A stretch of DNA of 64,000 nt from Felis catus (taxonomy: Eukaryota). Position numbers and translations under genes: made by a program. This document shows positions 11,986 to 26,476 of the stretch, piece after piece. The stretch is from contig NC_058368.1 of assembly GCF_018350175.1 (NCBI RefSeq), positions 14,200,001 through 14,264,000 on the forward strand. Reading direction: 5' to 3'. A model generated the notes under the pieces. The model worked only from the letters and a program-made list of their open reading frames with translations. It did not search any database and was not told the origin of the DNA. Positions within the stretch are counted from its first letter, which is position 1. Every line of letters starts with the position of its first letter.

Positions 11986-13765
11986 ACCTTAGATGTGAAT
12001 TAAAAACTTGGAGCATATGGGAAGGTATAGATAATGTCTTAATTCCTCAATGCTAACACTGTACTGTGCTCCTCTGAGTAGATGCCAAATGAGTCGATTT
12101 GATTATGAATTTCTTGCCAGGTACAAAAAGGATAAAATCAACCTGTTTGAAATATACCCTTATAAAATATCTGCCTTATGCTTATACAGCCTGAGTTCTT
12201 TATAGCATCACTAGATAAATATGGCTTTCTTGAGCTTATGATTAAAGTTATAAAAAACCATGTTTATTCCTACATCTTAAACTTTCAGGTATGGATACTT
12301 TTTAATTTAGAAAGTGTGCAAGGATAGAGTGTCATCAGATATTGCTTGTGTTTTTAGTATCTGTAATGAAAAACATTGGAGTTAGCCTGTTTGTTATAGT
12401 AATACTAGAAATAGTTCCAACCAAAGTGATTGTATAGAATTGGAAGGCTGATAAGTTTTCCAGAATTGACTCTGCTTGTGTTCTCATTGTCAAAGTTGGA
12501 TGTTTTCTTCCTTTAAAAGAGAATCCATTAGTTCCTTCTGTTCAAAACCAATTAGACAAAACACATTAATAAAGTTGTGAGGCTTTATGGAGTTGAAATC
12601 CCAATGGCCGTCCTGATTGCAAATTGCAGTGTGGCTATGCTGTTGATTTGTTGTTATGTCCTTTGAATAAGGCATTGATGGGACATTTTTTTTTTATTTT
12701 TCCTTATGTCAGAATTTGTAAAAATTGTGAACATTCTTGTAACATAGAAGTCTTTTAGAAGTTCTTTTAAAGAATGAGTCTGAGAAATTAATGCAATTGC
12801 ATATTTTTCCTAATTTTTACTTTAAGTTGTTATGTATTTAAAAAAATTATACGCAAAATAAATATATGGTGAATAATTCTTTTTATAGTTATCTTTTATA
12901 TAGCCTGCAGTCTAAAATCTAAACTGATATGGAGTACATATCATAATTATGATTGTTTTGCTGTGCATAGTCCTTTGGCCTTTTACTTAGTTTTGTCAGA
13001 GTTTCAAATAGTTGAGTAGCCAACAGGTGATAAATGTCCCATTAATCTTTTTGACTCTCTAGCTCCTGAGCATGAGAATTGCTGATCAATTACAGCAATT
13101 GTCTCTTAAATGAGCTTTTCACATCTGCCTCTTATTTCATTAGTTAACTGTCTGCCCAAAGATCTGATAAGATGGAATACTAGTGCCTTTTTACAGCTTT
13201 TTCTGTCATGTGTACAATAAGGATAGTCTTGTTAGCAGAGTGGGCACAGAAGGGTATTTATCCACTACCTACAATAAATATGCATGCTACAGCCTAGAAG
13301 GCATTTGAGACTGTTTATTGAAATCACCTTAAGAAAAAAAAGCTGGCTCCACCTCAACTTTCCATTTAGCAACAACTAATGTAAGACCATGGCATTTCCT
13401 ACTATATACAGTGCTTTTACAGATTACTTTTGTACTCATATGAAAAGAAGAAACAAACCTATTAATTTTTTTAAAAAGCAAAAATATTTTAAAACCCTTT
13501 TTTTTTAATTAAGAAGCATCATGATTACATACATACTCTCAACCCAAGATGGTTATTAATTCTTAGTTATATCTTCCTCTATTGCTGGCACTTTTAAAAA
13601 ACTACCAATCATGATCTGCTTTCTAATTATATGTTATTCAGCAGTGATCCTTTTGATTGGGAAAAGTCTTGATGAATAATTAGTGTTTAAATTGTGGGAA
13701 GAATATTTTCCTGCCTGTAGAATGAGTATAGTAATAGTATGTAACAGTAAAAAATGAGAATTAAA

Positions 13766-13992
13766 GGGCTCCTGGGTGGCTTGGTCAGTTAAGCGTCCAA
13801 CTCTTGATTTTGGCTCATGTCCTATCTCAGGTTCCTAGGATCAAGCCCCACAGCAGGCTCCATGCTGAAGGCAAAGAGCCTGTTTGGGATTCTCTCTCTG
13901 CCACTCCCCTGACTCATGCTCACATGTGCTTGCTCTCTTTCTCTCAATAAGTAAACTTAAAAAACTAAAAAAAAAAAAAAAATTAAAAAAAG
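13766..13992 (+). mobile_element. CAN-SINE inserted in a MIR relic
   Basis: TSD aaatgagaattaaa; MIR text continues (acttaacacagtgcccagcacatagtaagtgatcaat). Confidence 0.88.
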
Positions 13993-14671
13993 AAATGAGA
14001 ATTAAATGAGACTATGTATATAAGACACTTAACACAGTGCCCAGCACATAGTAAGTGATCAATGAATAGTAGCCATTACTATGTACAAATTATATAACAT
14101 TTCATTCTTTTCTCTACTGATGACTGTTCAGAGACTTTGGAAACACAACAGTGGAAGATTTTATAAACATAGCATAATGTGATACTTGTGTGTGAAGTTC
14201 ATTTTTTTAAATGTTTTAAAAACATTTAACAACTGACAACCGAGGGAGTGTTACTATTTGTAAATTATTTTAATTTTGTGTTTTTAGAAGAAAATTTAGG
14301 CAGATCTTCACTGATTATTGTCCTTTGTTCTAGAGACAGTCACATAGCAAATGTCTTTGGAATAAAAGTAGCTCTAACAAGCTCACCAGTTTCAATAACT
14401 ACCCTGTACCTTGTTTAAATATGAGAAATGCCTTGACCAAACAAATAACCCAAGCATGAAGAAGTCAATTTTTTTAGTATTTTTTTATAACTTCTTGAAT
14501 ATCTGAATGTTTTAAAATTGTCATAAAAACTATGTGAATGTTTCCATTTGTTTTATTTTAGGAGTTCTATTTTAAAGAAAGTTTTGATAAGTTAAAATCA
14601 TGCAATTAATTAACTCGGAATGATGATTTCTGCCATGGAGATTTCATTGTTTCAACCTTTCCTCGTTGCAG

Positions 14672-14733
14672 GCCTCGTTTGTATGAAGTCCAGCACGTCT
14701 GTGGTTGAACTCGTTATGCTGCTTTGTTCTCAG
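14672..14733 (+). CDS. NBEA: Neurobeachin internal coding exon, 62 nt: (G)LVCMKSSTSVVELVMLLCSQ
   Basis: Pyrimidine tract plus ttgcag acceptor ending at 14671; donor CAG|gtagga; phase 1 to phase 0; peptide recognised as NBEA/LRBA family. Confidence 0.95.
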
Positions 14734-15001
14734 GTAGGAAATCTCATTCACTGGATTGCATTAAACTCCATGAGGATTTTTAGTCATAGAATGCATATGC
14801 ATATATTTGTATTTGTTTACATATATTTAAAACTTCCATCTCTTATAGATGACAAAAATAATTTATATTAAGATATTTTTATGTAGATGATCGTACTGTG
14901 TGAATATTGATATAGTCTCCCTCTCCCTTCTTCCACACACTTTAGCTATCTTATTCTTTCCCACCATCCCTATCCTTCTATTGTCTCCTATCTGGAAATA
15001 C

Positions 15002-15002
<1 letters not shown>

Positions 15003-15047
<45 letters not shown>
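15003..15047. repeat. (TA)n(TG)n microsatellite
   Basis: Read directly. Confidence 0.9.
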
Positions 15048-15050
<3 letters not shown>

Positions 15051-18000
15051 TTGTTATAGATCTTTTGATACCCTTCTTTACATGTCTCCATTTAAAAATG
15101 GTATAGTAGAATTTATAGTTTTGACATTTATTGTTAAATGATTTCTTCTATTAGATTAGAGATAATGAAAGCAAAGCCTTTTCATACAATAGCGGAGTAT
15201 AAAATACAGCTTATTAGTGAATGGCCTTTGATACAATACCTTGTGGTTTTCCTTTTTTTTAAGGTAATTTGTATATTTCAGGATACATTCCAAAAATCTA
15301 CTTGTGCTATTTATCTTTAATAATCAGATTCAAAAATACAATTTATAGTTTTGGGGTTTTCTTTCTTCTTAGCATTTATAAGAAATTAAAATACATATAT
15401 TACATTTTTCTAATAACTAAAATTAGGGACCCAGTGGTCTGTCTTATCAGCTCAGTCAAGTCTCCGAGTGATCCTGATTTTCATATAAGTATTAAATATT
15501 TTGTATTATGAGAACAAGAAAAACAGCTTATGTGTGTTTGTAATAAGTAGTTATTACATTTATCCCTAGTTTCCTCAATAGAAAGAAAAATACATCTAAA
15601 CTCTTTCTAGTTACTGACCTTGAGGTCCGTCTGAAGCTGCAGCTAACTCCCAAATAAACAACAATATGGCTTCAATATTTAAAGGATCACCTTTAAAATA
15701 TTAGCAAAAACAAAACAACCAAGACTTACCTATTGATTTCCAGTCTTTAGGTTTATTTTCTTGAAGAATATATTCATAGGGAAACCATTAGGTCCATTTC
15801 TCCCTTTTCAGCCAGGAAGAATATGAAGAATAAAGAAAACAGCATCTCTGGCAGGAGTTCATTTGCAGGGCATTTGAAAATTGTTACCTATTGCCAAAGT
15901 CCTGAGTTCAAGAGACATTCTGAGAGATCCGGACCTTTTAGGTTCTTGATGATGCACATGTATTAAAAAAAGAAGAAGAAGAAAAAAAAAAGCTTTTGTG
16001 GGAAAAAAAGTACCTTAAAATTCCTTCTTCTTTAGCTCTGGGTTTTACTGCAGTTCAGAGAAATAAAGAAGAATGTAGCATTAGGGTCTAGTGTCTTTGA
16101 TGGCCTCATCATCTAATCATAGGTTTAACATTACTCATTTGCTGGCTCCAGGAATTCCTGCCATTAAGGGCCCTAGAGATGAAACTTTGCCTCAGATATT
16201 GATTGAAAGGAAGAGTGAGAAATTTAAGCACTCTGTGCAGTGCACTTTCTTTCAGTGTTTCAGCAAAGCAATATTATAAACATGTCTCTCAGTTTGATTT
16301 TTAAGTTGAATTTTTTAAATAATTCAGAGTGTATTTAAATATTTCAAGTGGTTAATTGATTAAATATACTTCATTTAAGTGACTACAAAATGTATGTTTG
16401 TAAAAAATAGTTCCCATCATTCTGTTATTTGTTAAACTGAAATGCTGCTTTCCATAAAATATTTTTAAAGAAATAATGAGTAATAATCTTACTTTAATAC
16501 AGTTGAGGTGGGATGAGTTTATGATAATACTGTGAAATTAGCTTATGAAACCATCTTTATAGATCATTAATTTTTCCATGGATGTGTAAAATCTTGGTTT
16601 TAAGGACACTCACAAAAATAGACAAGCCTTTAAAATTTCTTTTAATCTGTCATTTTTCTCTACTACTCAAATTCGAGATGATCTATGTCCTGTTTTCATC
16701 CATTAGCAGGACAACCATGGCAGTAGCAGACTTCTGATAAAGGAAAATAATTACAGTTAATGATGCTCTGGAGCTTGCTGGGCCTAGCACTCTCCAAAGC
16801 TGGGTTCTCTTCTACAGGCCTTAATGCGTCTCTTGGACAATGGAGCTGATCCCTGTAGAATTAGCAAAGTTTGTAGGGCTGTCTTTGTGCCAGGGCAGTC
16901 CTGAGGAATCTTTAAAGCTACAGAGTTCTGAGTTGTCTTTTTGTTTTATCTTACAGTCAGCTTTTTATAAATATTTATGGCTCTATGTTGTTATGATTTA
17001 TTATAAGTTTGATGGTAGTTATGTTATTAAAATTCCAACGCAAATGGAATTTTTCTGTTTATTTATTTGCTTAAAATGTGTTTTTCTTTTTCCAAATTTA
17101 GATAAACTATTGAAGGATAAAATTTTGTTTGGAGAGACTAGGTAGCTAAGGATTGAAAAAGGAAAAGAAAAGGCAATCTTTCTCTCAATATTTGTTTTTC
17201 TTTCATTTGTGACAACACATTAGTTACTTTAATTTTTATGCTTTTCATTTCGGAAATTTCATGTTAACAACTATTACTAAAGATATCAGTTTTTCTTTTC
17301 TTCTTATCTGAGCTCCTGAACAAACTTACTATTGCCACTGGTTTGTGTGCAAAATATGGTCTAAATTTACATGAGATCGTATTACAAGTGTCTGAAGGTA
17401 CTTGTCAAGGATAATTCAGTTCATATGGACAGCCTTTTAAACTCCAAGGGACATGCCATCCAGTCTACTCCCCAGTGGAATTTTAGGTCTCTGTCGAGAA
17501 CATATTTTTACTTTTAAGAAGCTATTAGCATTATCATTGTATTGCATTTATTGTTCCACAAATACCCAAATGTTTCTTACAATATTTTGCATAGCTTTCC
17601 TTCCCATGCATACCTGACGACACAAGAGTACATTTTAAGAATTAACTCTTTGTTCTTCTTCCCTTTCAATGTGTATTAAAGTTGCGCCTTAGTAGTATCT
17701 TTTTAAAAAGAATTGGTTTCTTGTCATTTAGAAGTAAAATGAACTGAAATAAAATAAGTCAAATAATTAATATATTTTGTTTTAACAAAATCACTGCTTA
17801 ATCAGCTAAATGTAGTGTTTCCTAGTGTTCTTCAGGATATCACAGGTCTGACACTGTCTTCTGTCAACTTTTTTTTTTTAATGCTTTACAATTACATTTG
17901 TTTGAGGCGCTCTATGTCATTCTATATATGTACCTTAATTTTCTATTACATTATTCTGAGTGTATTGTGTTCTTTGATGAATAGCAGATTTAGTTTTCAA

Positions 18001-18814
18001 GTAAACTTTTGTAGGTACTATAATAGTTTCTAATTATTTCCAGATTTTTTTTTTAGGAAGTCTCCATCAGAGGTACTCCAGGAAAAATTGAGTGATGTTA
18101 TCCCGTAGGATTTCTTTAAGTTTTTCTAAGTAAAGCTTAGCAGATGTCATTGCATTTTTCTGTGCCTTATCTTTCAGTAGAAAACGTTTTATAAATTGAG
18201 AAACTTTTATGTAAAAAGTAATGTCTCTCAGTATTCAAGTACTTTCTGACTTGAAGTACTGATTAAGCAAAATGCATGCTTAGTAAATCATTTTTATTCT
18301 CATTAGAAACCCCAAAACGTATACGTAACATAAAATAGAAGTCAGCCTTGCAAGTTTCTTTAGAATCTGTGTATGAAGTTACTAACATGAATTATTTTGT
18401 GGTTTTGTTTGCCTTTTTTTTTCTAAATATTTCATATAGTTAAATAAAAAGGAAGTTAGTGACTTCACTGATGTGATCAAGGCTCAGACCCAGGACTTCT
18501 AAACACAGCACTTAACAAAAGAACCACAACTGAGGAACAATCTTCCTTTTTCAGATGATTTGGTATTTGAACTTTTAAAATTTTCATTTTTTCTCCAATT
18601 TGATACAGTTTATTCAGATGGTACAAAGGAAAAAGACATACTTTTCTTCCAACTATAATAAACCAAAGATAGAGGTAAAAACACAGATGAGATGAATATG
18701 GAAAGCTAGTAGTGCATACTCGTTCATGAGTGCCCACTATTGAAAACATTTGGGGTGTGTATAGTAAGATGATAAATGTAAGAAAACTTGGGATGGACTA
18801 GATTTTTTTCAGTG

Positions 18815-19002
18815 TTTTTTTTTTTTTTTTTTTTTTTTTTGCGGGGGGAGCAGCAGAGAGAGGGAGACAGAATCCCAGGCCGGCTCTGCGTGCGGTCAGC
18901 ACAGAGCCCAGCGTGGGGCTGGCTCTCACGAACCGCTGACATCATGACCTGAGCCGAAATCAAGAATCAGATGGTTAACAGACTGAGCGACCCAGTCACC
19001 CC
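18815..19002 (-). mobile_element. CAN-SINE with long poly(T) on the + strand
   Basis: Reverse-complement SINE; TSD-like ggactagattttt / ggattagattttt. Confidence 0.88.
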
Positions 19003-19239
19003 TGGATTAGATTTTTTAAAAGCATCTTCAGAAATAGGAAATCCTAGTTTTCTGATGAAATTGTGTCACAATTATTTATTTAGTGACTGCTTTTTTATAT
19101 TAGCCTTGTGCTGGTTACTGAAGATTTATTGGTAACATCCTTCCATTTCTTAATGTGGTCTGGTGTTGTCTGTGAAACTTGCCTGTTATGTAGCTGAGTT
19201 TGAACTCAATGATGAGTAAAAAAATTGTAGTATGATATA

Positions 19240-19443
19240 TTTTTTTAAAATTTTATTTATTTATTTGTATTTTTGAGAGAGAAAGAGTGCAAGCAGGGGA
19301 GGGCCAGAGAGAGGGGAGACACAGAATCTGAAGCTCTGGGCTCTGAGTTGTCAGCACAGAGCCCAATATGGGACCCAAACTCATGAAGCATGAGATCATG
19401 ACCTGAGCCAAAGTCAGAAGCTTAACCAAGTGAGCAGCCCAGA
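19240..19443 (-). mobile_element. CAN-SINE
   Basis: tttttgagagagaaag...gagatcatgacctgagccaaagtc...gagcagcccag. Confidence 0.87.
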
Positions 19444-21829
19444 CTTAGAGCACACTCTAAGCCTTTTATGCTTTAGACCACACTCCAGCTTAGAGCTGTG
19501 ACGTGCTTAGAGCTGTGACGTGCTTAGAGCACACTCCAGCCTCATTTTAAGTACATCAGAAATTAAGTAACCACACAATAGGTTTATTTGGGTTTAATTT
19601 GTCACGTAGGGAGTTACCCATTTCCAGGCAGTATATGAAACAATGTTTCCTCAAGGGTAGTTTTTAATATAAAGTGTTATTGTATGTTAATAGCATAGAA
19701 TTGAAGTCGATAAGAACTTTCTAACTTGTGATTAGTGTTGAGTAGTTCCTGGTGTTTGCTTTTATAAGTTCTGCCTCAGCATTTAGGAGAAATAAAGCCT
19801 CTGTTTCATTCCTGAATATCTCACAAATCCCTGCCTTTTTCTCTGGACAGTGCTTGGCCCCAACTTCTATCTGTGGCATAACATCCTCTCAAAGTTAAAG
19901 GGGAAAATTAGTCATTAAAGTTTTTTGAAATTGCCCAGAGCATACCCTCTTTCTCGCCATAAAGTTTGTAATATGTCTTGAGTAGAAATAAAAGTTTAGC
20001 AGGAAATTGCACATGTGATGATGCATGAAGGTTACTGTCAACTTGAGTCATAATAAAGTTATTAGAAAATATGGGGAAGATTTATAGTAAAAATATAGAC
20101 ATTTGGAAAAAAAGTATTTCCATTTAATGTATCTTGGGGAGAATGCCTACTGCACAAATGCAACAGACTCAGTCTGTTATTTACCCAACTATTATGGCAT
20201 CCCTCTATGAAAATTTAATCCAAGATTTAAAGAACATACAATTCAAATTACTTTTGATTATTTCCATGTGGTCTTTTATTATTGATTTCTTTTACTCAAC
20301 TCCTAGAAAAGTTAGGAGGTATAATGAACATTGAGTCTATCAGTTTTATGTCATAAAATATTTATTTTCCAAGCTACCTATAATATATGTAATTCTTGTG
20401 CATGATATAAATACTTTCATCCTTGTGTATTAATTAACTCATATCCAACTCAAATTGTGGACTGAAGAAAATGATGAATAAACAGAAGTTCTGAGCTCTG
20501 CTGTATGTAAATGGTAAAATATAAGAGAAACAACAGCCCTTTTTCTCATGTGTGAATTCTTATAGTTTTACTAAAAACAGGACAAAAAGAAATCTGTAAG
20601 CCTTGTCCACCCATACAATAATCCTTGGGAGCTATAATTTCTGTAGGAGAGGAGAAAGAATATAGTATATTCTGAGGTAGACAGATTTCCCTGGGTCACT
20701 GATAGACCACCTCCCTGACCTAGAACCCCTTCCCATACTTTGCCACAATATCCACCCCTTTCCTTTCTTTCTAGCTATTTTGGCATGTTTGTTTTCCCCC
20801 GTGTCTATTTTTCTATGTTTACGTTTTGTAAATTCTTCAGACACATTACCACAACTTTGAAAAATAGCAACAATAATGTGTATGCATTCCACAGTCCTAC
20901 AACTATTACACATTCTCTTGATTTTAGGTGGTTTGTTGTTGTTGTTTTACTTTTGACCAATGTATACTTCAACATACTTTATTTTTAATAGCTATTATGT
21001 GATAAGTAATTGTGTCCTCTTTTACTTTCATTGTTTAAATAATTTCAGACTCACAGTAAGTTGCAAAAATAGTACCTAGAGTTCCACGTGCCCTTCCCAC
21101 AGCATTATTCGCCCTTCACTGTTTTTTACATGCATTCATTTGTGCATGTGTATATAGATCAAAGCAATTTCATTTCTTATAATGGTGTAACTACTGACAT
21201 TATCAAACTACAGGATTATTAGTGTTACCTCATATCTTTCCAGTTAATTCAAACTTCTCTTTCATGAAGCTTCTTGTTCATGATTATGTGGTTCTAATCA
21301 CTCCATCATTCCCTTTAGCATTTGAAATACATACATCTAGATAGTAAATACAGGTGCCTGTTTACATGTTTTAATTAAATGCTCTTACATTTGATATACG
21401 CATGCTTTTCTTTATCCAGTTCATTGGAATTTCCTTTTGGATAAGCATTATGTTCAGTATTTCCTCTCTTTTCGAAGCATTCCATACAGCCAGTGGAAAA
21501 AATTAGTTATGTATAGTGTCATCAGTATATTTATTTAAAATCTATGGAGAGTATTTTAAATTATAGAATGTTTGAAATTATTCAAAAGGAGAGACTTCTT
21601 AAGGATGCTGCAAAGCCTTAAAGTCTTCCAAGGTTACTCTATGGATGTTAATCCACTTCAATTACACTACAAATTTACCCCATAACAAAGTTCATTTTAT
21701 ATTTCTGTTCACCATTATGTCATCCATGCTTAGCAAACTGTCTAACACATAGTATATATATTTATTGTTACTTACTGAATTAATGCATGACTAGAAAGAA
21801 AACACAGTCCCCAAGATGATTTGATTGAT

Positions 21830-23400
21830 ACACTTTTATTGTGGTAAAACAGAAAGAACATAAAATGTGCTTTTTAACTATTTTTAAATGTGCAGTTCAG
21901 TTGCATTAATTACATTCACCGTGTTGGGTAGCCATTACCATTATTTCCAAGAATTTTCAGCATCCCAAACAAAAACTCTGTGTCCATATCTCTCTCCCCC
22001 CAAACTCTGGTACCTCTAATTCACTTTTTATCTTTATGATTTGCCTATTCTCAGTATTTTATATAAGTGGAATTCCTTTATGTCTGGTTTATTTCACTCA
22101 GCATAATGTTTTCAAGGTTCATTCATGTTGTAACGTATCTCAGAACTCCCATTTTTTTATGGTTGAATGATAAATACTCCATTCTATTTACAGACCCATG
22201 TTTTGTTTATCCATTAATCTGTTGATGGACACGTGGCTTGTTTATACCTACTTACTATTCTGAATAATGCTGCTGTGTTAACATTGGTCTACAAGTATCT
22301 ATTTGAGTTTCTATTTTCAATTCTTTTAAGCATATACAATTCTTGAGTAGAATTGTTGAGTTGTGTGGTAATTCTGTTTAGCTTTTTGAGAAATTTCCAG
22401 TTTTCCAGGATGACTCACTTTTTCCATTTCCATGAGGAATCAACAAGTGTTCCAGTATCTCCATATCCTCTCTGACACTTGTTATTTTCTATTTTTGTTG
22501 TTGTTGTTTTAATGTGTTGCTGTTGTTTTAATTATGGTCATCCTAGTGAGTAAGAAGTGGTATTTCATTCTTGTTTTGATGTGCATTTTCCTAATGATGT
22601 TGAGCATCTTTTCATGCATCTGTTGGCAATTTGTATCTTCTTTGGAGAAATGGCTATTCACATCCTTTTTCATTTGCTAATTGAGTTTTTTTTTGGGGGG
22701 GGGGGTTGGTGTTTTTTTTTTTTTTAACATTTATTCATTTTTGAGAGACAAAGAGAAAAAGAGCATGAGCAGGAGAAGGGCAGAGAAAGACAGAGAATCT
22801 GAAGCAGGCTCCAGGCTCTGAGAAGTCAGCACAGAAGCCAACGCAAGGCTCAAACCCACGAACCATGAAATCATGACCTGAGCCGACATCGGATGCTTAA
22901 CCAACTGAGCCACCCTGGTGCCCCCTAATTGATGTTTTTTGTTTTTTTGTTGTTTTTGGTTAAGTTTTAGGTGTTTTTTATTCTGGATGTAAAATCCTTG
23001 TCAAGTATATAATTTGGAAATATTTTTTTCCTATTCTCTGGGTTATTTTCATTCTCTTGATACTGATTTTGGTACACAAAAGTTTTTAATCATGTCTACT
23101 TTGTCTATTTTTGTCCAATGTTTCTTAAACTTTTGCTATCATATTTTAGACCCAAGGCCAAATCCAAGGTCATGCAGATTTTCCCCTATATTTTCCTCTA
23201 ATAGTTTTAGTTCCTCAATTTAGGTCTTTGATCCATTTTGAGTTAATTTTTATATAGAATGTGAAGTAGGGATTTAACTTCATTCTTTTGGATGTGGATA
23301 TCCAGTTTTCCAAGTACCATTTATTGAGAGACCATTCTGTTTCCATTGAATGGTCTTGGTACCCTTGTTGAAAATCAATTAACTGTAGATGCCAAGATGA
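21830..23400 (-). mobile_element. Old L1 (L1M-type) 3' end and ORF2 C-terminal region, interrupted by a SINE
   Basis: ttcactcagcataatgttttcaaggttcattcatgttg; tttggagaaatggctattcac; aggtctttgatccattttgagttaatttt. Confidence 0.85.
22712..22925 (-). mobile_element. CAN-SINE inside L1
   Basis: Reverse SINE ending actgagccaccctggtgcccc; TSD-like ctaattga. Confidence 0.9.
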
Positions 23401-23423
23401 TATCTAAATCAAAAGTAGTGCCT

Positions 23424-23596
23424 GGGGCACAGGGGTGGCTCAGTCATTGTGCGTCCAGCTTCGGCTCAGGTCACAATCTCATGGCTTGTGAGTTCAAGAC
23501 CCGCATCGGGCTCTGTGCTGACAGCTTGGAGCCAGAAGCCTGCTTTGGATTCTGTGTCTCCCTCTGAGACTCTGCCTCTCTCCCACTTGCTCTCTG

Positions 23597-23633
<37 letters not shown>

Positions 23634-23655
23634 AATAAATAAACATTAAAAAAAT
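23424..23655 (+). mobile_element. CAN-SINE
   Basis: ggggcacaggggtggctcagtc...(CT)n...aaaataaataaacatt. Confidence 0.9.
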
Positions 23656-23909
23656 TAAGATTTATAATTCATAAGTAGTTCCTGTACATTAAAAGAAAAA
23701 CAATTTTAGGATATTAGAAGGTTAAATGAAACTTCCCCTCACCTCATATTTTCATTACCCAGGAGTGATAACAGTTAATCATTGAATGAATATTCATTCA
23801 AACTAGATTTCTATACATAAATGCAAAGTTACTTCTCTTGTTATTAGTGTAAGCAGAAATTGGTCTTATAACAGTGATGGCTTATAAATTGCTTTCCCAG
23901 TTGGTACTC

Positions 23910-24118
23910 TAGAGAGCAGCACTGTGTGATAAAAATGTAATGTGAATCACGTACAATTAAAATTTTTCTAATTACCACATTTAAAAAGGTAAACAAGATA
24001 GGTGAGATTAATTTTAATAATATATTTTATTTAACCTAAATATCATTTCAACATGTGATCCATATAAAAATAATGAGCTATTTTACATTCCTGTTTTTAT
24101 ACTGTCTTTCAAATCAGA

Positions 24119-24159
<41 letters not shown>

Positions 24160-24720
24160 ATGTGTCTGATATATATATGTGTGTATGTGTCTGTCTGTCT
24201 GTCATATGTGTATTTACTTGTAGACTCTTTTTTTATTGTTTTTAAATTATTTTGATGACCTTGTTACTACCCTGTGTTAATTATAATGATGAGAAAATTT
24301 TATTCACAAGTAACAGTTACTGAGGGAGTCAGCTTTACAAGTCTTTGTTCTTGTTCAGAAGTCCAAACACCACACAAGTTTATCAATTATTAAAATTAAT
24401 CAGGTATGGGACACCTGGGTGAGTCAGTCGGTTAAGCATCTGACTCCTGGTTTCAGCTCAGGTCATGATCTCACCCATATCAGGTTCTGCACTGACAGAG
24501 AGGAGTCTGCTTGGTACTCTCTCTCTCTCCCTCTTTCTCTGCCCCTCCCTGGCTCACATGAGCACTCTGTCTCTCTCTTTCTCAAAAATAAATATTTTTT
24601 TTAAAAAATTAATCAGGTATATAATTTATACTTAGAACACATATTAGTTCATCCAGCTACATTTCAAGTACTTCTAATAGCCACATATGAGTATAGATGC
24701 TATATTGGTCTCCACAGCTC
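23910..24720. mobile_element. MER33-like hAT DNA transposon split by (GT)n and a SINE
   Basis: ggtgagattaattttaataatatattttatttaacc; agctacatttcaagtacttctaatagccacat. Confidence 0.6.
24408..24605 (+). mobile_element. CAN-SINE with internal deletion
   Basis: TSD aaaattaatcaggtat on both sides. Confidence 0.9.
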
Positions 24721-25811
24721 TTCCTCCCATATATGAATATCTATGCTTCTTTTTTTAATGTTAATATAGTCCAAAAATAGAACAAGTTGTTCCAGAATCC
24801 CAGAAATATTATAAGTCTTCAAGCAAATATCAGTGAATTGTGTGTAAAAAATTCTTAGAGTGGGTTAAAAATTATGATATCTAAGTCTCTACAACGCTAA
24901 CATTCTTGTACTGGCTTATACACCTATTGCTATGTGATTATTTATGAAAAATATAAACTAATGTAACTGTACATGATTGCACTTTATGCCAGTGAAGCAC
25001 ACCAGGGTCCTAGCATTCAAGATTTAACATTGAAAGTTCCTTCTATTCTTAAGTAGTAACATGGGTAACTGGCATAGTGTCATTTATTGTTTTGCCAGGG
25101 CATGAGTTGAGACCATGCGTGCTACTAATTTGGTATGTGGGAATGAATTCACCAAGCAGTAACACAGCATCAACAGCTCAATACAGTGTGGTTGTTTTCT
25201 ATTTACTCTGGAAAATAAGGCAATTTTATAATGAACTTTTGTTGTGGGATATAGTATGAGCCTAGGTGGTAGTCACAAAACATAACTAAATACAAAGGTC
25301 TTGAAATGTACATCTGGAGAAATATCAAATGTCTATTATTAGGTTATTTATGAACATTTTTTGAGAATCTACGTATATATAGTAGCTTATTAATACCCAA
25401 CACTTTTGTGCTGCTGTTGAGTACAGTCTAGAGCTCTTACGCTAATGGTATAATTTTCTTCATATTTATATTTTACTGTGTACTCCTCCTAAGTTATGAT
25501 GTTTTGAGAGTCAGTCTACTGATACACTGATTCTTAGCCCTAGAAAAATATGACAAAGATGATCCTCAAAAAAGTGATCTCAACAGTATAGTATAACTTA
25601 AAAAATAGTAGTCCATCTAGCCATGTCTCAGACACATGGTAAGCTCTCAGGAAACGAATTTTTCTGAACAAATATTTACCTTTGTAAATCATGGAAATTA
25701 TAGAAGGATAGTCACTGTTATTTCATTGATTATAGTCCAGTACAGGATTTTGTTTTATTATCAAATATTATTTTTATTTTGTTTTATTTCTTTAATGTTC
25801 ATTTAAAAAAA

Positions 25812-26020
25812 ATTTTTTTAACGTTTATTTATTTTTGAGACAGAGAGAGACATAGCATGAATGGGGGAGGGTCAGAGAGAGGGAGACACAGAATCTGAAG
25901 CAGGCTCCAGGCTCTGCCTTGACAGCACAGAGCCGATCGTGGGACTTGAACTTATGAACCGGGAGAACATGACCTGAGTCGAAGTCGGATGCTTAACCCA
26001 CTGAGCCACCCAGGCGCCCC
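25812..26020 (-). mobile_element. CAN-SINE
   Basis: Reverse SINE ending gagccacccaggcgcccc. Confidence 0.92.
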
Positions 26021-26271
26021 TATTGTCAAGTTTTAAAAGTTATTATTCTATCAAACTAAAGTTCTTCAAAACCACATTAGTATTAAATCTTAAAGTGCAT
26101 ATTTGAATGTGATAAACCCTAACTTTTTTAATGTTGCATATGTTTTAAATTTAAATTTAATTTTTTTAAATTAAAAGCACAACTCTGAAAGTTTATTTAA
26201 AGAATCCTAGTCTAGCTTTTACCCTTCTCCTATCTAAATAGAAAATATGAAACATTTCCTCTATTTTCATA

Positions 26272-26476
26272 TTTTTTTTAAGTTTATGTGTTTTGAGAGA
26301 GAGAGGGAGAGAGAGAGAGAGATGTGGAGAGGTGCAGAGAGAGAGAGAATCTCAAGCAGTCTCCACACTGTCAGTGCAGAGCCCAATGCAAGGTTTCAAC
26401 TCATGAACCGTGAGATCATGACCTGAGCCCAAACCAAGAGTCGAACACGTAACTGACTGAGCCACCCAAATCGCCC
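26272..26476 (-). mobile_element. CAN-SINE
   Basis: (GA)n, gagatcatgacctgagccc...actgactgagccaccc. Confidence 0.9.

Noticed and set aside
18057..18072. Possible microexon tttttag|GAAGTCTCCATCAGAG|gtactc, with TGCATG and ACTAAC motifs downstream
   Set aside because: 16 nt does not preserve frame in a phase-0 intron and the donor is weak
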